Assembly (NCBI RefSeq): GCF_900766055.1
Contig: NZ_CAAFTZ010000002.1
DNA from: an uncultured Parasutterella sp.
Lineage (GTDB): Bacteria; Pseudomonadota; Gammaproteobacteria; Burkholderiales; Burkholderiaceae_F
DNA length: 64,000 nt
Direction: 5' to 3' (one strand)
Of this stretch, positions 20,921 to 31,153 are shown piece by piece. Positions within the stretch are counted from its first letter, which is position 1, and the number at the start of each line of letters is the position of its first letter. Made by a program: the position numbers and the translations under genes. Below the pieces are notes generated by a model, which did no database searches, was not told where the DNA came from, and was given only the letters and a program-made list of their open reading frames with translations.

Positions 20921-21683
20921 CAGAAATATTGCGAATATCCGAGATGGGCTCTTTGCCGAACTCGTCGCTGTTGAGGTAATTTAAAAGTCGTTTGGCAGTG
21001 TCTTCGGCGCTCTGAAGCTTTCCGTCTTTTGCTAAGTCGATAAACCGGTCAACGTTGGGAAAATCTTCCTTAGACGAAGCACGGATGCAGCCCTGCATGT
21101 CAGTGTTCACAACGCCCGGAGCGACGGCGCTCAGACGTGCGGGATTGGGTTTGCCAAGCTGATCTTCAGCTGTCACGGCGGTAAAGCGGTCAAGCGCTGC
21201 TTTGGTTGAACAGTACATGGCCCAGCCCGGAACGGACTTGCGGCCGGCGCCAGAAGAGATATTCATGACGCGGCGCTCGCCTTTCCAGCTGCGCGTTTCA
21301 TTCAGGAAAGCCTGAGTCAGAAGCACCGGGATTTCAAAGTTAACGCGAATGCAGTCAACGGCTGCCTGCGGGGATGCGTTTTCGATCGGACCGACAGGAC
21401 CGAGCACGCCGGCGTTGTTGATCAGAATCAGACGGTCATGTTCAGCGTATTCCTTATCGGAAAGCAGCCACATCAAAAGCTCGACGGCGCCTTTACGGTC
21501 AAGCAGGTCAGCCGTAAACTGGATGAAATTGCAGCCGATCTTATCGGCTTCTTCCACCAAAGCCTTGGAAGGACGGCGTTCCATCGTAACGACGGTGTCG
21601 CCGGCCTTAAGCGACTGACGGGTTAATTCAAAGCCGAGCCCTTTAGAGGCACCGGTAATAATGGTGAGAGTCTTCAAGCTCAA
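20910..21683 (-). CDS. short-chain dehydrogenase/reductase (sepiapterin-reductase-like SDR)
   Basis: ITGASKGLG cofactor motif, catalytic YxxxK (YCSTK); ATGA overlap with the prfB stop and an 11-nt overlap with the lysS start. Confidence 0.75.
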   Translation of the reverse strand: MSLKTLTIITGASKGLGFELTRQSLKAGDTVVTMERRPSKALVEEADKIGCNFIQFTADLLDRKGAVELLMWLLSDKEYAEHDRLILINNAGVLGPVGPIENASPQAAVDCIRVNFEIPVLLTQAFLNETRSWKGERRVMNISSGAGRKSVPGWAMYCSTKAALDRFTAVTAEDQLGKPNPARLSAVAPGVVNTDMQGCIRASSKEDFPNVDRFIDLAKDGKLQSAEDTAKRLLNYLNSDEFGKEPISDIRNISVGD

Positions 21684-22784
21684 ACTCCTTGCTTGAGGCT
21701 GGCCTCGATAAAGGATTCCAAAGCACCGTCTAAAACGGCAGCCGTGTTGCCGGTTTCGACATTGGTACGCAGGTCTTTGACGCGGGACTGATCCAACACG
21801 TAAGAACGGATCTGGTGACCCCAGGAAATATCGCTCTTATTGTCTTCCAATGCCTGCTGGGTAGCCTGGCGTTTGCGGAGCTCGGCTTCATAAAGACGGC
21901 TCTTCAAAATCGTCATGGCCTCTTCCTTGTTCTGATGCTGGCTTCGGCTGGTCTGGCTGACAGCGACTATGCCGGTCGGAATATGCGTGATACGAACGGC
22001 GGAGTCGGTCTTCTGAATGTGCTGACCGCCGGCGCCGGAGGCGCGGAACGTGTCAATACGCAGATCGGCCGGATTGACTTCGACTTCAAAAGAATCGTCG
22101 ACTTCGGGAACGACGAACACAGAAGCAAAAGACGTATGACGGCGTGCGTTGGAGTCGAACGGGCTCTTACGGACTAAGCGGTGAATACCGGTCTCGGTTC
22201 TGAGCCATCCATAGGCATAGTCGCCAGTGATTTTGATCGTGCAGCCTTTAATGCCGGCCACATCGCCTTCGGTTTCTTCAACAATCTCGGGCTTAAAGCC
22301 TTGGCGTTCCGCAAACTTGATGTACATACGCTCAAGCATGCTCGCCCAGTCCTGCGCTTCGGTCCCGCCGGCGCCGGCCTGAATTTCCAGGAAGCAGTTG
22401 GCTTCGTCATGTTCCTGATTGAACATACGCTGGAATTCGAGATGTTCGACCGCTTTCTTGAGGTTGTTGATATCGGCTTCTACCGCTTCCAGAGACGCAT
22501 CATCGTTCTCTTCTTTGGCCATTTCAAATAATTCCAAAGCATCGGAAAGGCCGGTAGTTAAGTGTTTGATGGTAAGGACAACGTCTTCGAGACGTTTCTT
22601 TTCTTTGCTCAGCTGCTGAGCACGCTCTTGATCAGACCAGATGCTCGGGTCTTCGAGCGCTTGATTGACTTCTTCTAAACGACGCTCTTTCTGGTCGTAG
22701 TCAAAGATACCTCCGCAGCTCTTCGGTGCGAGCTTGAAGGTCCTCGGCGGTGGTGCCGATTAGGTTTAAACGTTCAACTTCCAT
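21680..22784 (-). CDS. prfB: peptide chain release factor 2, with programmed +1 ribosomal frameshift at CTT TGA C (22701-22706)
   Basis: ORF0 [27 protein letters not shown] ends at in-frame TGA preceded by SD-like GGAGG; the +1 frame joins ORF 21680-22537 (SPF peptidyl-tRNA hydrolysis motif, GGQHVNKTDSAVR-like region). Confidence 0.85.
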
Positions 22785-22916
22785 TTCTTAACGCGTTGAT
22801 ATTAAAAAGAACCTTCAATTATATAAGAGCGGACCCACTCCTTAACCCGTACAGCGGGCGGAAATGGGTCCGTTTTATCTCAATTGTGTAAGTTTGTTTG
22901 CACGACAGAAAAACCG

Positions 22917-24635
22917 CTAGGCCGTCCAGTCCTCAAACTCGTCTTCCATCCCTTCGATGATGAGCTGCACCGACTGACGTCCTCGGAAGTCATTGATGTC
23001 GAGCTTGTAAGCTAAACGCACGGTCGGAGGCAGTTCGCGTTTGTGGCGGAACCAAATGGCCTGAATCTCTCGGCCGTCGACTTCAAGAGAAAGTTTCAGA
23101 TGCTGATCCTTCAGGACTCTCTGAGAAAGTACCTTGAACTGATTGGCAAAGAGCGGTTCCGGGAAGGCCTGACCCCAGACGTGCTTGCGGATGGCTTCAA
23201 CGAGTTCAATGTTGAAGTCGGAAGCTCTAAGCTCGCCGTCTGTGACGATGTTGCGCTCGAACATTTCAGGATCGGAAAGCTCTTTAACGGCGCGGGCAAA
23301 GAGTTCTTTGAACTCATCAAAAGCATCTTTACGAATGGTGAGGCCCGCAGCCATGGCGTGACCGCCGAATTTCAGGATCAGCCCTGATTTGAGTTTGCTG
23401 ACGCGGTCTAAGGCATCGCGCAGATGAATGCCAGGGATGGAGCGCCCCGAGCCTTTAAGTACGTGTTCGCCGTTTTCTTCCGACGGAGCAAACGCAATGA
23501 CCGGGCGATAAGTTTGTTCTTTGATGCGGGAGGCTACTAAACCGATGATGCCGGCGTGCCAGTCGTCGCCCTTAAGAACGATGGAATTGCTGTCATCGAC
23601 GGAAATCGTCTGTAGGGACAGAATAGCGTCGGACTGCATGGATACTTCGCGGTTGCGGCGCTCGGCATTGATTTGGTCGAGCTCTTTTGCGTAAAAGAGC
23701 GCCGTGTTGTAGTCGTAGCTTGTCAGACACTCAACACCTTTGTTGATGCTGTCCAAACGACCTGCGGCGTTGATGCGGGGCCCGAGGATGTAGCCCAAGT
23801 CATTGGCACTGATGCGATGCGCATTCTTGCCTGCTACGGAGAGCAGGGCGCTCACGCCGGGCTGCATTTTGCCGGCGCGAATGCTGTCCAAGCCTTTGGA
23901 AACGAGGATTCGGTTGTTGCGGTCTAACGGGACAACGTCGGCAACCGTACCCAAGGCCACCAAATCAATGAGATGCTGAAGATTAGGCTGTTTTCCGTTC
24001 GGGTAAGCGCCTTTGGCGCGGAGTGCGGAGCGCACGGCGATTAACACGTAAAAGATGACGCCCACACCCGCTAAAGATTTGCTCGGGAAGGTGTCTCCGC
24101 GCTGATTCGGATTGACGACGAGGGTGTCGGGGATTTCATCACCAGGCAGGTGGTGGTCGGTAACGACGGTCTCGATTCCGAGGGCTTTAGCATGTTCAAC
24201 CGCAGCCACTGAAGAAATTCCGTTGTCTACGGTAATGATGAATTCGGCGCCGGCAGCGGCTGCTCGATCGACAAGCTGAGGAGACAGGCCGTAGCCGTCC
24301 TTGTCGCGGTCCGGGATTAAATAAGAGACATTGAAGGCGCCGAGCGCCTGCAGTCCCAGAATACCGACGGAAACAGCAGTCGCGCCGTCACAGTCGTAGT
24401 CCCCAATGATTACGATTTTTTTCTGCTTCCAGATCGCATTGGCAATCGCTTCTCCGGCTTCTCTGCAGTTTTTAAGGTCCCACGGAGAAAGCATTTCCTT
24501 GAATTCATAATCAAGGTCGGACGGGCTGGTGACGTGTCTGGCCGCTAAAGCGCGGGCCAGAGGTTCGGGAAAGCCGCGGTTGGTGAGCGCCTGAACGACA
24601 TTTCGGTCAAATCGGCGAATCGTTATTTTGGTCAT
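22917..24635 (-). CDS. recJ: single-stranded-DNA-specific exonuclease RecJ
   Basis: 572 aa, DHH and DHHA1 motifs (ITVDNG, TDHH, GGHAMAAG). Confidence 0.9.
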   Translation of the reverse strand: MTKITIRRFDRNVVQALTNRGFPEPLARALAARHVTSPSDLDYEFKEMLSPWDLKNCREAGEAIANAIWKQKKIVIIGDYDCDGATAVSVGILGLQALGAFNVSYLIPDRDKDGYGLSPQLVDRAAAAGAEFIITVDNGISSVAAVEHAKALGIETVVTDHHLPGDEIPDTLVVNPNQRGDTFPSKSLAGVGVIFYVLIAVRSALRAKGAYPNGKQPNLQHLIDLVALGTVADVVPLDRNNRILVSKGLDSIRAGKMQPGVSALLSVAGKNAHRISANDLGYILGPRINAAGRLDSINKGVECLTSYDYNTALFYAKELDQINAERRNREVSMQSDAILSLQTISVDDSNSIVLKGDDWHAGIIGLVASRIKEQTYRPVIAFAPSEENGEHVLKGSGRSIPGIHLRDALDRVSKLKSGLILKFGGHAMAAGLTIRKDAFDEFKELFARAVKELSDPEMFERNIVTDGELRASDFNIELVEAIRKHVWGQAFPEPLFANQFKVLSQRVLKDQHLKLSLEVDGREIQAIWFRHKRELPPTVRLAYKLDINDFRGRQSVQLIIEGMEDEFEDWTA

Positions 24636-24651
24636 AACTTTTTAGTGTTCT

Positions 24652-25695
24652 TTAGCGGTTGGAGCTCAGCCATGCTTCTGTGTAATTTTTTGGACTCTTC
24701 CAAAAGGCAAAAGAAGATTTTTGTTCCTGAAGTTTTTCAATGACGCTGACGCGCAGACCGTCGGAAGCGACCAGACGAGGATGATATTTCTCAAATCCTT
24801 TTGCCGTGGCGGTGAGATGCTCCATGCGCTCAACGGTGCGTGTCCAGGCGGCGTTCCAGCGAGCGGGATCTGTTTTGACAGTCGGATCGTTAAAGTCGTC
24901 AAGAATGCAGAAACGGTCGCCTTCCGGACAGTCAGGCCAAGCGGCCGTCGAAGATTTAATGTAGGCCCGTGCAATGCCCGCCGCCTCAGCGATGCCGCGA
25001 ATCGTGGGATCGCTTGTCAGAGCACAGCGAATCTGAGTGTAGGGAAGGAGCTGCTCTTCAAAAGCACCGCCGTTGATCCACAAACCTTCAACCGGTGGCC
25101 GTCCGGCTTTTGCTCGGAATTCATTGAAAGAGCTTTTTGCAAGGCTATCTTCAATGACTCGAGTGATTTCAGTCCATTGAGCGGCCTCGGGACCTGCCGG
25201 CTGTGCCGAGGGTTTGTTTTCCTGGGCAAGCCACGGAGCAATCAGAACCTGCCATGCTTTCTTGCGCGCGAGGAAAAAGCGCCCGTCCAAAACCTGCACT
25301 TCAAAATCGAACCGGCGAGCGATCGGGTTTAAAAGGTCCCTAAGGTCGCATTCTTCATCGATATCAAAGACGTCGCCGGCGCTCTGAAGCACGCCGTTTC
25401 CCTTGCGGTAGCCGTTTAGGGTCCAAAATTCCTGATGAACTTTCGGACCTCCGAGACCCTTCCAAAGATAAGGGGCAGTCGGGGCAAGATTTTCGCGCTG
25501 TGTCAGAAGCATCCATACCCATTGCATCGAGGCAAAGCCGCTGAGCGCAGGATTCTCAAAAATCGTGGCGACCTTCGGTTCTCCGAAACTTTCAAGGAAA
25601 TTCCGCAAAACGGGCGGATAGGCGTCCTTTCCTAACGCTTTAATTTCATTAGGAGAAGGCAGTGAATTGGGCAATAAAAATATACATGCGGGCAT
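24652..25695 (-). CDS. conserved hypothetical protein (347 aa), co-oriented immediately upstream of recJ
   Basis: long clean ORF, 17-bp gap to recJ; no recognisable catalytic motif. Confidence 0.5.
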   Translation of the reverse strand: MPACIFLLPNSLPSPNEIKALGKDAYPPVLRNFLESFGEPKVATIFENPALSGFASMQWVWMLLTQRENLAPTAPYLWKGLGGPKVHQEFWTLNGYRKGNGVLQSAGDVFDIDEECDLRDLLNPIARRFDFEVQVLDGRFFLARKKAWQVLIAPWLAQENKPSAQPAGPEAAQWTEITRVIEDSLAKSSFNEFRAKAGRPPVEGLWINGGAFEEQLLPYTQIRCALTSDPTIRGIAEAAGIARAYIKSSTAAWPDCPEGDRFCILDDFNDPTVKTDPARWNAAWTRTVERMEHLTATAKGFEKYHPRLVASDGLRVSVIEKLQEQKSSFAFWKSPKNYTEAWLSSNR

Positions 25696-25761
25696 AGCGT
25701 TAAATTCTAATTGTTTGATCTCACAGCTAGAATAGCCTGAACGTTTAGTTGGATAAAATTT

Positions 25762-27036
25762 GTGAAAAATAAACCTTTATCCGGTCTGCCCTTCGAGTGG
25801 ATGATCGGTTTGCGATACACACTGTCGCGCCGCAAAGGGCGCAGCGACGGATTCGTATCGTTCATATCAGCCATGTCGATGGCTTCCATAGCCTTGGGCG
25901 TCATGGCCCTCATCATAGTCTTATCCGTGATGAACGGTTTCCAGAAAGAAGTTCGAGACAAGATGCTCTCTGTGCTTTCGCATGCCGAAGTGCTTTCGAT
26001 CGGAGCTCCGATCCCGGACTGGCAAAAGACTGCCGCAGAACTGAAGAAGCAGCAGCCGGAGATCACCGGCGCAGCGCCTTTCTTAAGAGGGCAGGGACTG
26101 CTCACGAGCGGCACTAACGTGCGCGGTGTTCAGCTCAACGGTATTGATCCTGAGACGGAATCTCAGGTCAGCGACGTCGCAAAAAATATGAAGATCGGGC
26201 GCCTCTCTGACTTAAAGCCCGGCGAGTTCAAGATCATTCTTGGTACGGACTTAGCCAGAATGCTTGGCGTGATTCCCGGAGAAAAGGTAAACGTGATGGT
26301 GCCTCAGGGACAGTTCACGCCGGCCGGAACCATGCCTCGCATGCGTCAGTTCACGGTCGCAGGCGTCTTTAATTCCGGCCACTATGAGTTCGACAGCGCA
26401 ATGAGCTTCATCAATCTCACGGACGCCGAGAAACTCATGCGTACTCAAACACCCGGAGGCATTCGACTGAAGCTCTCCAATATGCAGGATGCACCGAGGG
26501 TCGCAGCTGAACTGAATAATCAAATGCCGCCGGGTCTTTTGGCAACCGATTGGTCCCGTCAGAACCGGACTTGGTTTGCGGCTGTTCAGGTTGAAAAACG
26601 CATGATGGGCATCATTCTGTTCCTGATCGTGCTGGTCGGAGCCTTCGGTCTGGTTTCCTCCTTGGTCATGACCGTTAACTCAAAACGCAGCGATATCGCA
26701 ATTCTGAGAACACAGGGTGCAACGCGCGGTTCGATCATGCGCATCTTTATGGTTCAGGGGGCTTTCATCGGAACGGCCGGTGTGCTGATCGGTGTCGGCG
26801 TGGGCCTTCTTATTGCCTGCAATGTGGGTTCCATCGTGGGCGCGATCGAACAGCTGTTCGGGGTTCAGTTCCTGCCCAAAGAAATCTACTTCATCTCCGC
26901 AATGCCGAGCGACCCGCGAGCCTCCGACGTGATTCCGATCGCCGTCTTTTCTTTCCTGCTGGCTCTTGCGGCCACTGTTTATCCAAGCTGGAGAGCGGCA
27001 AACATTCAACCGGCTGAGGCACTGAGATATGAATAA
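25762..27036 (+). CDS. lolC: lipoprotein-releasing system permease (LolC/LolE family)
   Basis: 424 aa, MacB/FtsX-like topology, N-terminus similar to E. coli LolC; GTG start. Confidence 0.85.
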   Translation: MKNKPLSGLPFEWMIGLRYTLSRRKGRSDGFVSFISAMSMASIALGVMALIIVLSVMNGFQKEVRDKMLSVLSHAEVLSIGAPIPDWQKTAAELKKQQPEITGAAPFLRGQGLLTSGTNVRGVQLNGIDPETESQVSDVAKNMKIGRLSDLKPGEFKIILGTDLARMLGVIPGEKVNVMVPQGQFTPAGTMPRMRQFTVAGVFNSGHYEFDSAMSFINLTDAEKLMRTQTPGGIRLKLSNMQDAPRVAAELNNQMPPGLLATDWSRQNRTWFAAVQVEKRMMGIILFLIVLVGAFGLVSSLVMTVNSKRSDIAILRTQGATRGSIMRIFMVQGAFIGTAGVLIGVGVGLLIACNVGSIVGAIEQLFGVQFLPKEIYFISAMPSDPRASDVIPIAVFSFLLALAATVYPSWRAANIQPAEALRYE

Positions 27037-27718
27037 CAACGTCGTATTAAAGGCTGTCGGCCTGCAGAAAAGTTATAAAGAAGGCGGACGTCTCCTGCAT
27101 GTCCTCAAAGACGTGAACTTGGAAGTTCACGCGGGCGAGTCCGTCGCAATCGTGGGAACCTCCGGCTCCGGTAAAACGACTTTGCTGCAGTGCATCGGCG
27201 GACTGGATCGTTTTGATAAAGGTTTGATTGAGATCGGCGGAGAAAACATCGCCGAACTCTCGGAGCAGCGCTTAACCGAGCTGCGCAACCGCAAACTCGG
27301 CTTTGTGTATCAGTTCCATCATTTATTGCCGGAATTTACGGCCATGGAAAACGTGGCGATGCCGCTCAAAATTCGCCGCGAAAAAGCTTCCGTCGCGCAA
27401 AAAAGAGCGGAAAGCCTGCTCAAAGCCATGGGTCTTGCCGACCGCGTGGATCATCTGCCGAGTCAGCTTTCCGGCGGCGAACGTCAGCGTGTCGCCATTG
27501 CCCGAGCCGTGAGCGGCTCTCCGCTGTGTCTTTTGGCCGACGAGCCCACCGGCAACCTGGACGGTGAGACGGCCGAAGTCGTTATCGACTATCTTCTCAA
27601 ATTGTCGTCCTCTCAGGGCCTTGCCTTGGTCATTGTGACGCATGATCCGGATATTGCCGCGCGATGCGATCGTGTTGTGCGTTTAAAGAACGGATGCGTC
27701 TTGCCTGAGGAAAACTAA
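27029..27718 (+). CDS. lolD: lipoprotein-releasing system ATP-binding protein LolD
   Basis: Walker A GTSGSGKTT, LSGGERQRVAIARA signature, Walker B LLADEPTGNLD. Confidence 0.9.
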   Translation: MNNNVVLKAVGLQKSYKEGGRLLHVLKDVNLEVHAGESVAIVGTSGSGKTTLLQCIGGLDRFDKGLIEIGGENIAELSEQRLTELRNRKLGFVYQFHHLLPEFTAMENVAMPLKIRREKASVAQKRAESLLKAMGLADRVDHLPSQLSGGERQRVAIARAVSGSPLCLLADEPTGNLDGETAEVVIDYLLKLSSSQGLALVIVTHDPDIAARCDRVVRLKNGCVLPEEN

Positions 27719-28531
27719 ATGCTTCGCTGGATTGACACCCATAACCACTTATTTGTTCTTCCCGAAGAACAGCAGAAAAAAGAAATTTCGGAGGCCCGCA
27801 AAGTCGGCGTCGTCTCTTCTTTGGTGTGTGCCAGCGGTGTCAGTAATCTGGAAGAGGCTCGGCGCTGTGCCTATGAACATGATCAAGCCTACGCCTGCGG
27901 CATTCATCCGCTTTACATCGGATACTCCTGGAAAGAAGATCTGACAGCGTTGGAAGCCTTTCTAGAAGAGCACAGAGAAGATCTTCGTCTGGCAGCGGTA
28001 GGCGAGTGCGGTCTGGATTTTTCTGCAGCCTGCAGCGTTCCGCATGACGTTCAGGAAGAAGTGTTTTCCACGCAGTTAAAACTTGCCCGCAAATATGGTC
28101 TCCCCCTGAGTCTTCACGGCCGTGAAGCGATGGATATCGTGCTTAAATACATTCGCCGTCTGCCCCCGCAGCTCGGCATCATTCATGCGTTTAACGGCAG
28201 TATGGCCCAGGCACAGGCTTTTCTGCAGAACGGTTTTAAGCTGGGCTACGGCGGAGCGATGTCCTATGACGGCTCTAAGCGCATCCGCAAAATCTTGTCT
28301 GAACTCCCGGATGACGCCTGGGTACTTGAGACGGATTGTCCGGATATGCCGCCGAGCTGGGTGCGCGAAGAAAACAAAGAGAACCCCGAAAGCACCCTTG
28401 CGGACACGGCCCGTTACGGCGCAGTTGCTGCGGAATTAAGAAATACGACGATAGAAAAAATCTCGGAACAGAGCATTCAAAACACAGTCAAAGCGATCCC
28501 GAAATTCGGAGTGTTAATTTCCGCCTCCTGA
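27719..28531 (+). CDS. TatD-family metal-dependent hydrolase
   Basis: IDTHNHL motif and overall TatD-like length and pattern. Confidence 0.75.
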   Translation: MLRWIDTHNHLFVLPEEQQKKEISEARKVGVVSSLVCASGVSNLEEARRCAYEHDQAYACGIHPLYIGYSWKEDLTALEAFLEEHREDLRLAAVGECGLDFSAACSVPHDVQEEVFSTQLKLARKYGLPLSLHGREAMDIVLKYIRRLPPQLGIIHAFNGSMAQAQAFLQNGFKLGYGGAMSYDGSKRIRKILSELPDDAWVLETDCPDMPPSWVREENKENPESTLADTARYGAVAAELRNTTIEKISEQSIQNTVKAIPKFGVLISAS

Positions 28532-28699
28532 GACGAAAAAAGTCATTTTGTTTCCTAAAAGAGGGCTTTTGCTTGGCTAATATAAAGACTGTCTCGACGA
28601 TTACGGTCGCCGAGTCGGGAGAATTTGTCCTTATAAATTGCCAAGATCGGAAATGACATCCGAGTCTGCGGCAAAAACTCATTCTTTTAGGAAATTAAC

Positions 28700-29281
28700 G
28701 TGAAGCGAATTTTAGTGGCTGTCACCGGTCCCGACAGCTTCGGTGTTGTTTACACGACCTCCGATACTCTGAACAAACTCGGCTGCTCCATCATCGATAT
28801 GGATCAAACGACGGTGAGAAACGAATACTCCGCCATCATGATCGTGGATAAGCCGGAGAGTGTTGGCGATGACGAAGTCGCAAAGATTATTAAAGAAGCA
28901 CTGAAGGGCAAAGGCTTCGATATGTCCGTCCTCGTCCGCGATTACGTTCCGGGCGAAGCTACCGTTACCCAAGGTGAACCGTTCGTTCTGACCGTGGACG
29001 GTACCGACAGCAGGGATATTCTGACGGCGTTTACCAGAGTGTTTTATGAAGGCCGCATCAACATCGACAGTTTCAGAACGATTGAAGTAAAACTGGACGA
29101 TGCCGGCAACCCTCTGCCGCAGCCGCGTGTTCTTCTGGTGTTTGAAGTCACTGTTCCTCCCGAAGTGGACAGAAAGGCTCTGAGCAGAACACTTTCCGAC
29201 ATCGCCCACGACCGTCATCTTTCCATGAGCATGCAGCACCGCCGAATTTTTGAAGCGGTTCATCGTGTGTCTATCGCTTAA
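28700..29281 (+). CDS. tandem ACT-domain protein
   Basis: two ACT-like segments (ILVAVTGPDSFGVV... and FVLTVDGTDSRDILTAF...); 21-bp gap to the UPF0210 gene. Confidence 0.55.
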   Translation: MKRILVAVTGPDSFGVVYTTSDTLNKLGCSIIDMDQTTVRNEYSAIMIVDKPESVGDDEVAKIIKEALKGKGFDMSVLVRDYVPGEATVTQGEPFVLTVDGTDSRDILTAFTRVFYEGRINIDSFRTIEVKLDDAGNPLPQPRVLLVFEVTVPPEVDRKALSRTLSDIAHDRHLSMSMQHRRIFEAVHRVSIA

Positions 29282-29301
29282 TTCAAAAAGGAATCAATCA
29301 A

Positions 29302-30675
29302 ATGCTTACAGAACGCGAGGTCATCTCCACGCTGGATATGCTCAGAAGCGAACATTTGGATGTTCGTACCGTGACCCTGGGCTTGAACTTATTCGATTGT
29401 GCAAGCGATAACTTCGACACCTTCGCTTACCGCGTCCGCTCCAAAATTAATCGCCATGCCAAGAACCTCGTTGCCATCTGCAACGAGGTCGGCGACCGCT
29501 ACGGTATTCCCGTTGTCAATAAGCGTATTACGGTCTCTCCGATCGGAACTGTCTGTGCCGGATACAGCCGTGACCAGATGGTCAAGGTCTGCAAACTCTT
29601 AGACGACTGCGCCACCGACGCCGGCGTCGACTTCTTGGGCGGCTTCGGCGCCTTGGTCGAAAAAGGCATTACGCAGGGAGAAAGAAACCTGATTGATGCG
29701 CTGCCTGAAGCTTTGGCAACCACGAACCACGTTTGCTCTTCCATCAACGTCGGCCGCACTCGCACCGGCATCAATATGGACGCAGTCAAACTGATGGGTC
29801 AAAGAGTGCTGGATGTGGCTGCTGCAACTGCTGACCGCGACGGTCTCGGCTGCTGCAAACTGGTTGTCTTCTGCAATATTCCGGAAGACGTACCCTTCAT
29901 GGCCGGCGGCTATCTCGGCGTCGGCGAAGCCGATGCGGTGATCAGCGTCGGTGTTTCCGGTCCGGGCGTTGTGAAAAAAGCAATTGACCGCGCCGTTCGC
30001 AGAAGAGGCGAGCAGGTCTCGATTACAGAAATTGCTGAAATCATTAAGACCACTGCTTTTAAGGTGACGAAGGTCGGTCAGCTGATCGGTACTGAAGTTG
30101 CCGAAAAAATGAATCTGCCTTTCGGTGTGGCTGACCTGTCTCTGGCCCCGACACCTGAGGTCGGCGACTCCGTCGGTGAAATCTTCCAGAGCGTTGGTTT
30201 GTCCTCTATCGGAGCTCCGGGGTCTACTGCCGTGCTCGCCATGCTGAACGATGCCGTGAAGAAGGGCGGTGTTTTTGCCTCCTCTTCCGTCGGCGGACTC
30301 TCCGGTGCCTTCATTCCCGTGAGTGAAGATGCGGCCATTGCCGATGCCGCCGCTAAAGGCCTCCTGACACTCGAAAAACTCGAAGCCATGACCTGCGTTT
30401 GCTCTGTCGGTCTCGATATGATCGCGATCCCGGGTGACACGCCGGCTGACGTCATCTCCGCCATCATCGCCGATGAAAGCGCAATCGGTATGATCAATGC
30501 CAAGACCACGGCTGTCCGTCTCATCCCCGTTCCCGACAAGACGGTCGGTGAACGCGCTGAATTCGGCGGCTTGCTCGGCGGCGCCGATATTATGGCTGTT
30601 CAAAAGGGTTCGGCTGCCGGCTTCATCAACCGCGGCGGACGCATCCCGGCCCCGATTCACAGCTTCAAGAACTAA
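29302..30675 (+). CDS. UPF0210 family protein (DUF711/COG2848), function unknown
   Basis: 457 aa, N-terminus MLTEREVISTLDMLRSEHLDVRTVTLGLNL characteristic of the UPF0210 family; conserved pairing with an ACT protein. Confidence 0.7.
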   Translation: MLTEREVISTLDMLRSEHLDVRTVTLGLNLFDCASDNFDTFAYRVRSKINRHAKNLVAICNEVGDRYGIPVVNKRITVSPIGTVCAGYSRDQMVKVCKLLDDCATDAGVDFLGGFGALVEKGITQGERNLIDALPEALATTNHVCSSINVGRTRTGINMDAVKLMGQRVLDVAAATADRDGLGCCKLVVFCNIPEDVPFMAGGYLGVGEADAVISVGVSGPGVVKKAIDRAVRRRGEQVSITEIAEIIKTTAFKVTKVGQLIGTEVAEKMNLPFGVADLSLAPTPEVGDSVGEIFQSVGLSSIGAPGSTAVLAMLNDAVKKGGVFASSSVGGLSGAFIPVSEDAAIADAAAKGLLTLEKLEAMTCVCSVGLDMIAIPGDTPADVISAIIADESAIGMINAKTTAVRLIPVPDKTVGERAEFGGLLGGADIMAVQKGSAAGFINRGGRIPAPIHSFKN

Positions 30676-30690
30676 GAGAAGGAAACCAAT

Positions 30691-31047
30691 ATGCCCGAGA
30701 TTAAACGTATCGAGCCCGGACGCCGCTTCAGCGAAGCGGTGGTCTGCGACGGAGTGGTCTATATCTCCGGACAAGTGGATTTAACCCGCAGCCGCGATCC
30801 GAAAGTACAGACCGCAGAAGTCCTCAAAACCATTGACGACCTGCTGGCCAAAGCCGGTTCGGACAAGGAGCACATTCTTCGCTGTACTGTCTATCTTTCG
30901 AATATGGGCTACTTTTCCGAGATGAATCAGGCTTGGGAAGAATGGGTGAGCAAAACCAATCCCCCGGCCCGATCCGTCCTCGAGTCTGCACTTCCCGATC
31001 CGTCCTGGAAAGTACAGATTTCAACAGTCGCAGTTGTAGTGGATTAA
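30691..31047 (+). CDS. ridA: RidA/YjgF-family reactive-intermediate deaminase
   Basis: 118 aa, YjgF/TdcF-like pattern (PARS motif region, C-terminal VAVVVD). Confidence 0.75.
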   Translation: MPEIKRIEPGRRFSEAVVCDGVVYISGQVDLTRSRDPKVQTAEVLKTIDDLLAKAGSDKEHILRCTVYLSNMGYFSEMNQAWEEWVSKTNPPARSVLESALPDPSWKVQISTVAVVVD

Positions 31048-31153
31048 CGAGCGAAAATTTAGACAAATCAGACAGATTCGGTAAAATTACGCATCCTTTT
31101 GTAGAAGGTAGTTTCTGTATCAGGACTGCCTTCTTTTGTTTAGTGGTAAAAGA

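Noticed and set aside
29599-30774. 391-aa minus-strand ORF, plus other long ORFs antisense to the UPF0210 gene
   Set aside because: GC-rich antisense frames with Gly/Ala/Asp-rich low-complexity translation. The plus-strand UPF0210 gene has the family N-terminus and operon context.
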